NCBI GenBank assembly: GCA_965178125.1
Contig: OZ237740.1
Coordinates: 1-64,000, forward strand
Direction of reading: 5' to 3'
DNA: 64,000 nucleotides
Source of the DNA: Bilabrum cf. latius
Taxonomy: Eukaryota
Shown here: piece by piece, positions 62,801-64,000 of the stretch
Numbering within the stretch: position 1 is the first letter of the stretch
Layout: each line of letters starts with the position of its first letter
Made by a program: the position numbers and the translations under genes
Notes under the pieces: model-generated
What the model saw: only the letters and a program-made list of their open reading frames with translations
What the model was told of the DNA's origin: nothing
The model's database searches: none

Positions 62801-64000
62801 TTACGTGCTGGTGATCCAACACCACCTCCTGCACCACCGGCACCACGTCGGATTCACCTGCCATCGAGCCACCGAGAGCCATGCACACCTGCCCTCTCGT
62901 GGGGAGCAGCTCGCTAGTTTGCATCTCGGGAGTGACGTAGGGGTCACGGATGGCGAGAACTTCGACAGGGCCGAACTCGACCGACTCTGCCTCTTGATCG
63001 TGGTCCGTTGTGCCATCACGATGCACCTTGGCTCTCGCGGACAGCAGGTCCAGAGGGTGCATGCGAGCCTGTTCCTCCTCCTCTTTCGAGCCCCGTGCAG
63101 CGCCATTCAGGGAGCCATTGGCTCCGCTGGGAGCATCAGACTAGATCCGAGAGCGGAAGCTGGAGATGGGCATGGCAGTACCCAGCTTGCGGAGTCCTGG
63201 GCTCGGAGTGGCTCCAGCTTTGGCCTGCCTGTCCTCGTGGCCAGCAGCGGCTCGCACGGCTTCCTCTATTCCAGCGATACCATCCTCCTCTTGCGATCTC
63301 GGACGGATTCGTCCGGCCCGTCCTGCCCTCTCAGGGGGGCGCACCGGTGACATCTCCACGACCACGTCCACTGGGGTCACCGGGGCAGCTGGGCCCCTCT
63401 CCTTGGGCGCATCAATGTGCCTCGCTGGGGGACGCACGGTCCTGCACCGCTCTTCCCAGGCATGCGCCACTGCAAGTAGCTCCATTTCAGTTGTGAAGGC
63501 CGTGACACGGGCCATGTAGGGCATTCCGGCCTTCAGCTGCTTTTCCCCGTACAGTGGCTGGCCGTCGCAGTGCCCAGCGTACTCGACCTGACGCAGCATC
63601 GCCTCTCGTAGCCTCCAGACGCGCACGCGGTGTCGAATCGGTACCCAACTGTGCTGCCCAGGAAGACCACCGGTGCACGGATACAGATCCTGCGAGCTTG
63701 TGCCGGCAGTACGATCATCGTTGGCGCCCGTAGCTGTTGCCGCGGCGCTGTCCATCGCCTTTCCGGACCTGCCGCCTGCGCCCACTGCAGGCAATCTGCG
63801 CCCAGTTAATGCAGCGTTTGGGTTAGCCGAGGCCTGCACAATGATGGGCCCCCTATCCATGGCGAGATCAACCGCATCGCTGTCCATGAGCCCCCTGTAG
63901 CCCCTATTTCGCACCCCTGGAGGCTGGAAGGCGTATAGCTCCACTTCCCGTGCAGGCAGCCCCACTCGCCTGCGAAGGCACGCAAGCAGCTCCCTCATGT
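59868..64000 (-). CDS. Ubiquitin-specific protease (peptidase C19), C-terminal part; 5' end lies beyond the window
   Basis: SLQHCL...WRCSSC...LPPLLVVNLVRF...INFP, YDLAGIVCHAG...GHYTAF, WWECDD and AYLLFYRR. Five track ORFs share one frame linked by TAG. The first non-TAG stop is TAA at 59868-59870. Confidence 0.9.

Noticed and set aside
11794-64000. Interpretation as a cluster of pseudogenes, or as tiny introns removing the stops
   Set aside because: Interruptions are exclusively TAG, with no frameshifts and intact catalytic motifs. Flanking codons continue conserved motifs with no room for introns.
22937-64000. Apparent cluster of ubiquitin-system genes (CAND1, two USPs, RING ligase)
   Set aside because: These are large families interspersed with unrelated genes, and no shared regulatory signal is visible, so chance is likely.

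Overview
The window is the end of a eukaryotic chromosome from a GC-rich, intron-poor protist with (TTAGGG)n telomeres. A bicosoecid-like flagellate is a weak guess from gene style only. The main signal is a non-standard nuclear genetic code in which TAG is read as Gln while TGA and TAA remain stops. By hand count, more than 100 in-frame TAGs interrupt otherwise continuous genes, including the invariant Q of a reverse transcriptase GVxQGxPLSP motif. Fourteen complete gene models or open frames end in TGA and one partial gene ends in TAA. Read this way, the fragmented ORF track collapses into about 17 genes: UAP1, a HAD hydrolase, a double-tetraspanin fusion, RPL36, a PPAT/CoaD-like protein, CAND1, a ~4,190-aa USP9/24/34-like deubiquitinase, an AGBL5-like carboxypeptidase, a SIM-RING E3 ligase, a multipass membrane protein, a second partial USP, several orphans (one invisible in the ORF track), and an intact single-ORF RLE non-LTR retrotransposon with 23 TAG codons and a candidate target-site duplication over the USP start codon. 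The chromosome tip carries a 5.76-kb cassette between two same-orientation telomere tracts. It contains two divergent unknown ORFs (one running off into the telomere), a tRNA-like Pol III unit and a 155-bp tandem array. All coordinates and counts are manual.
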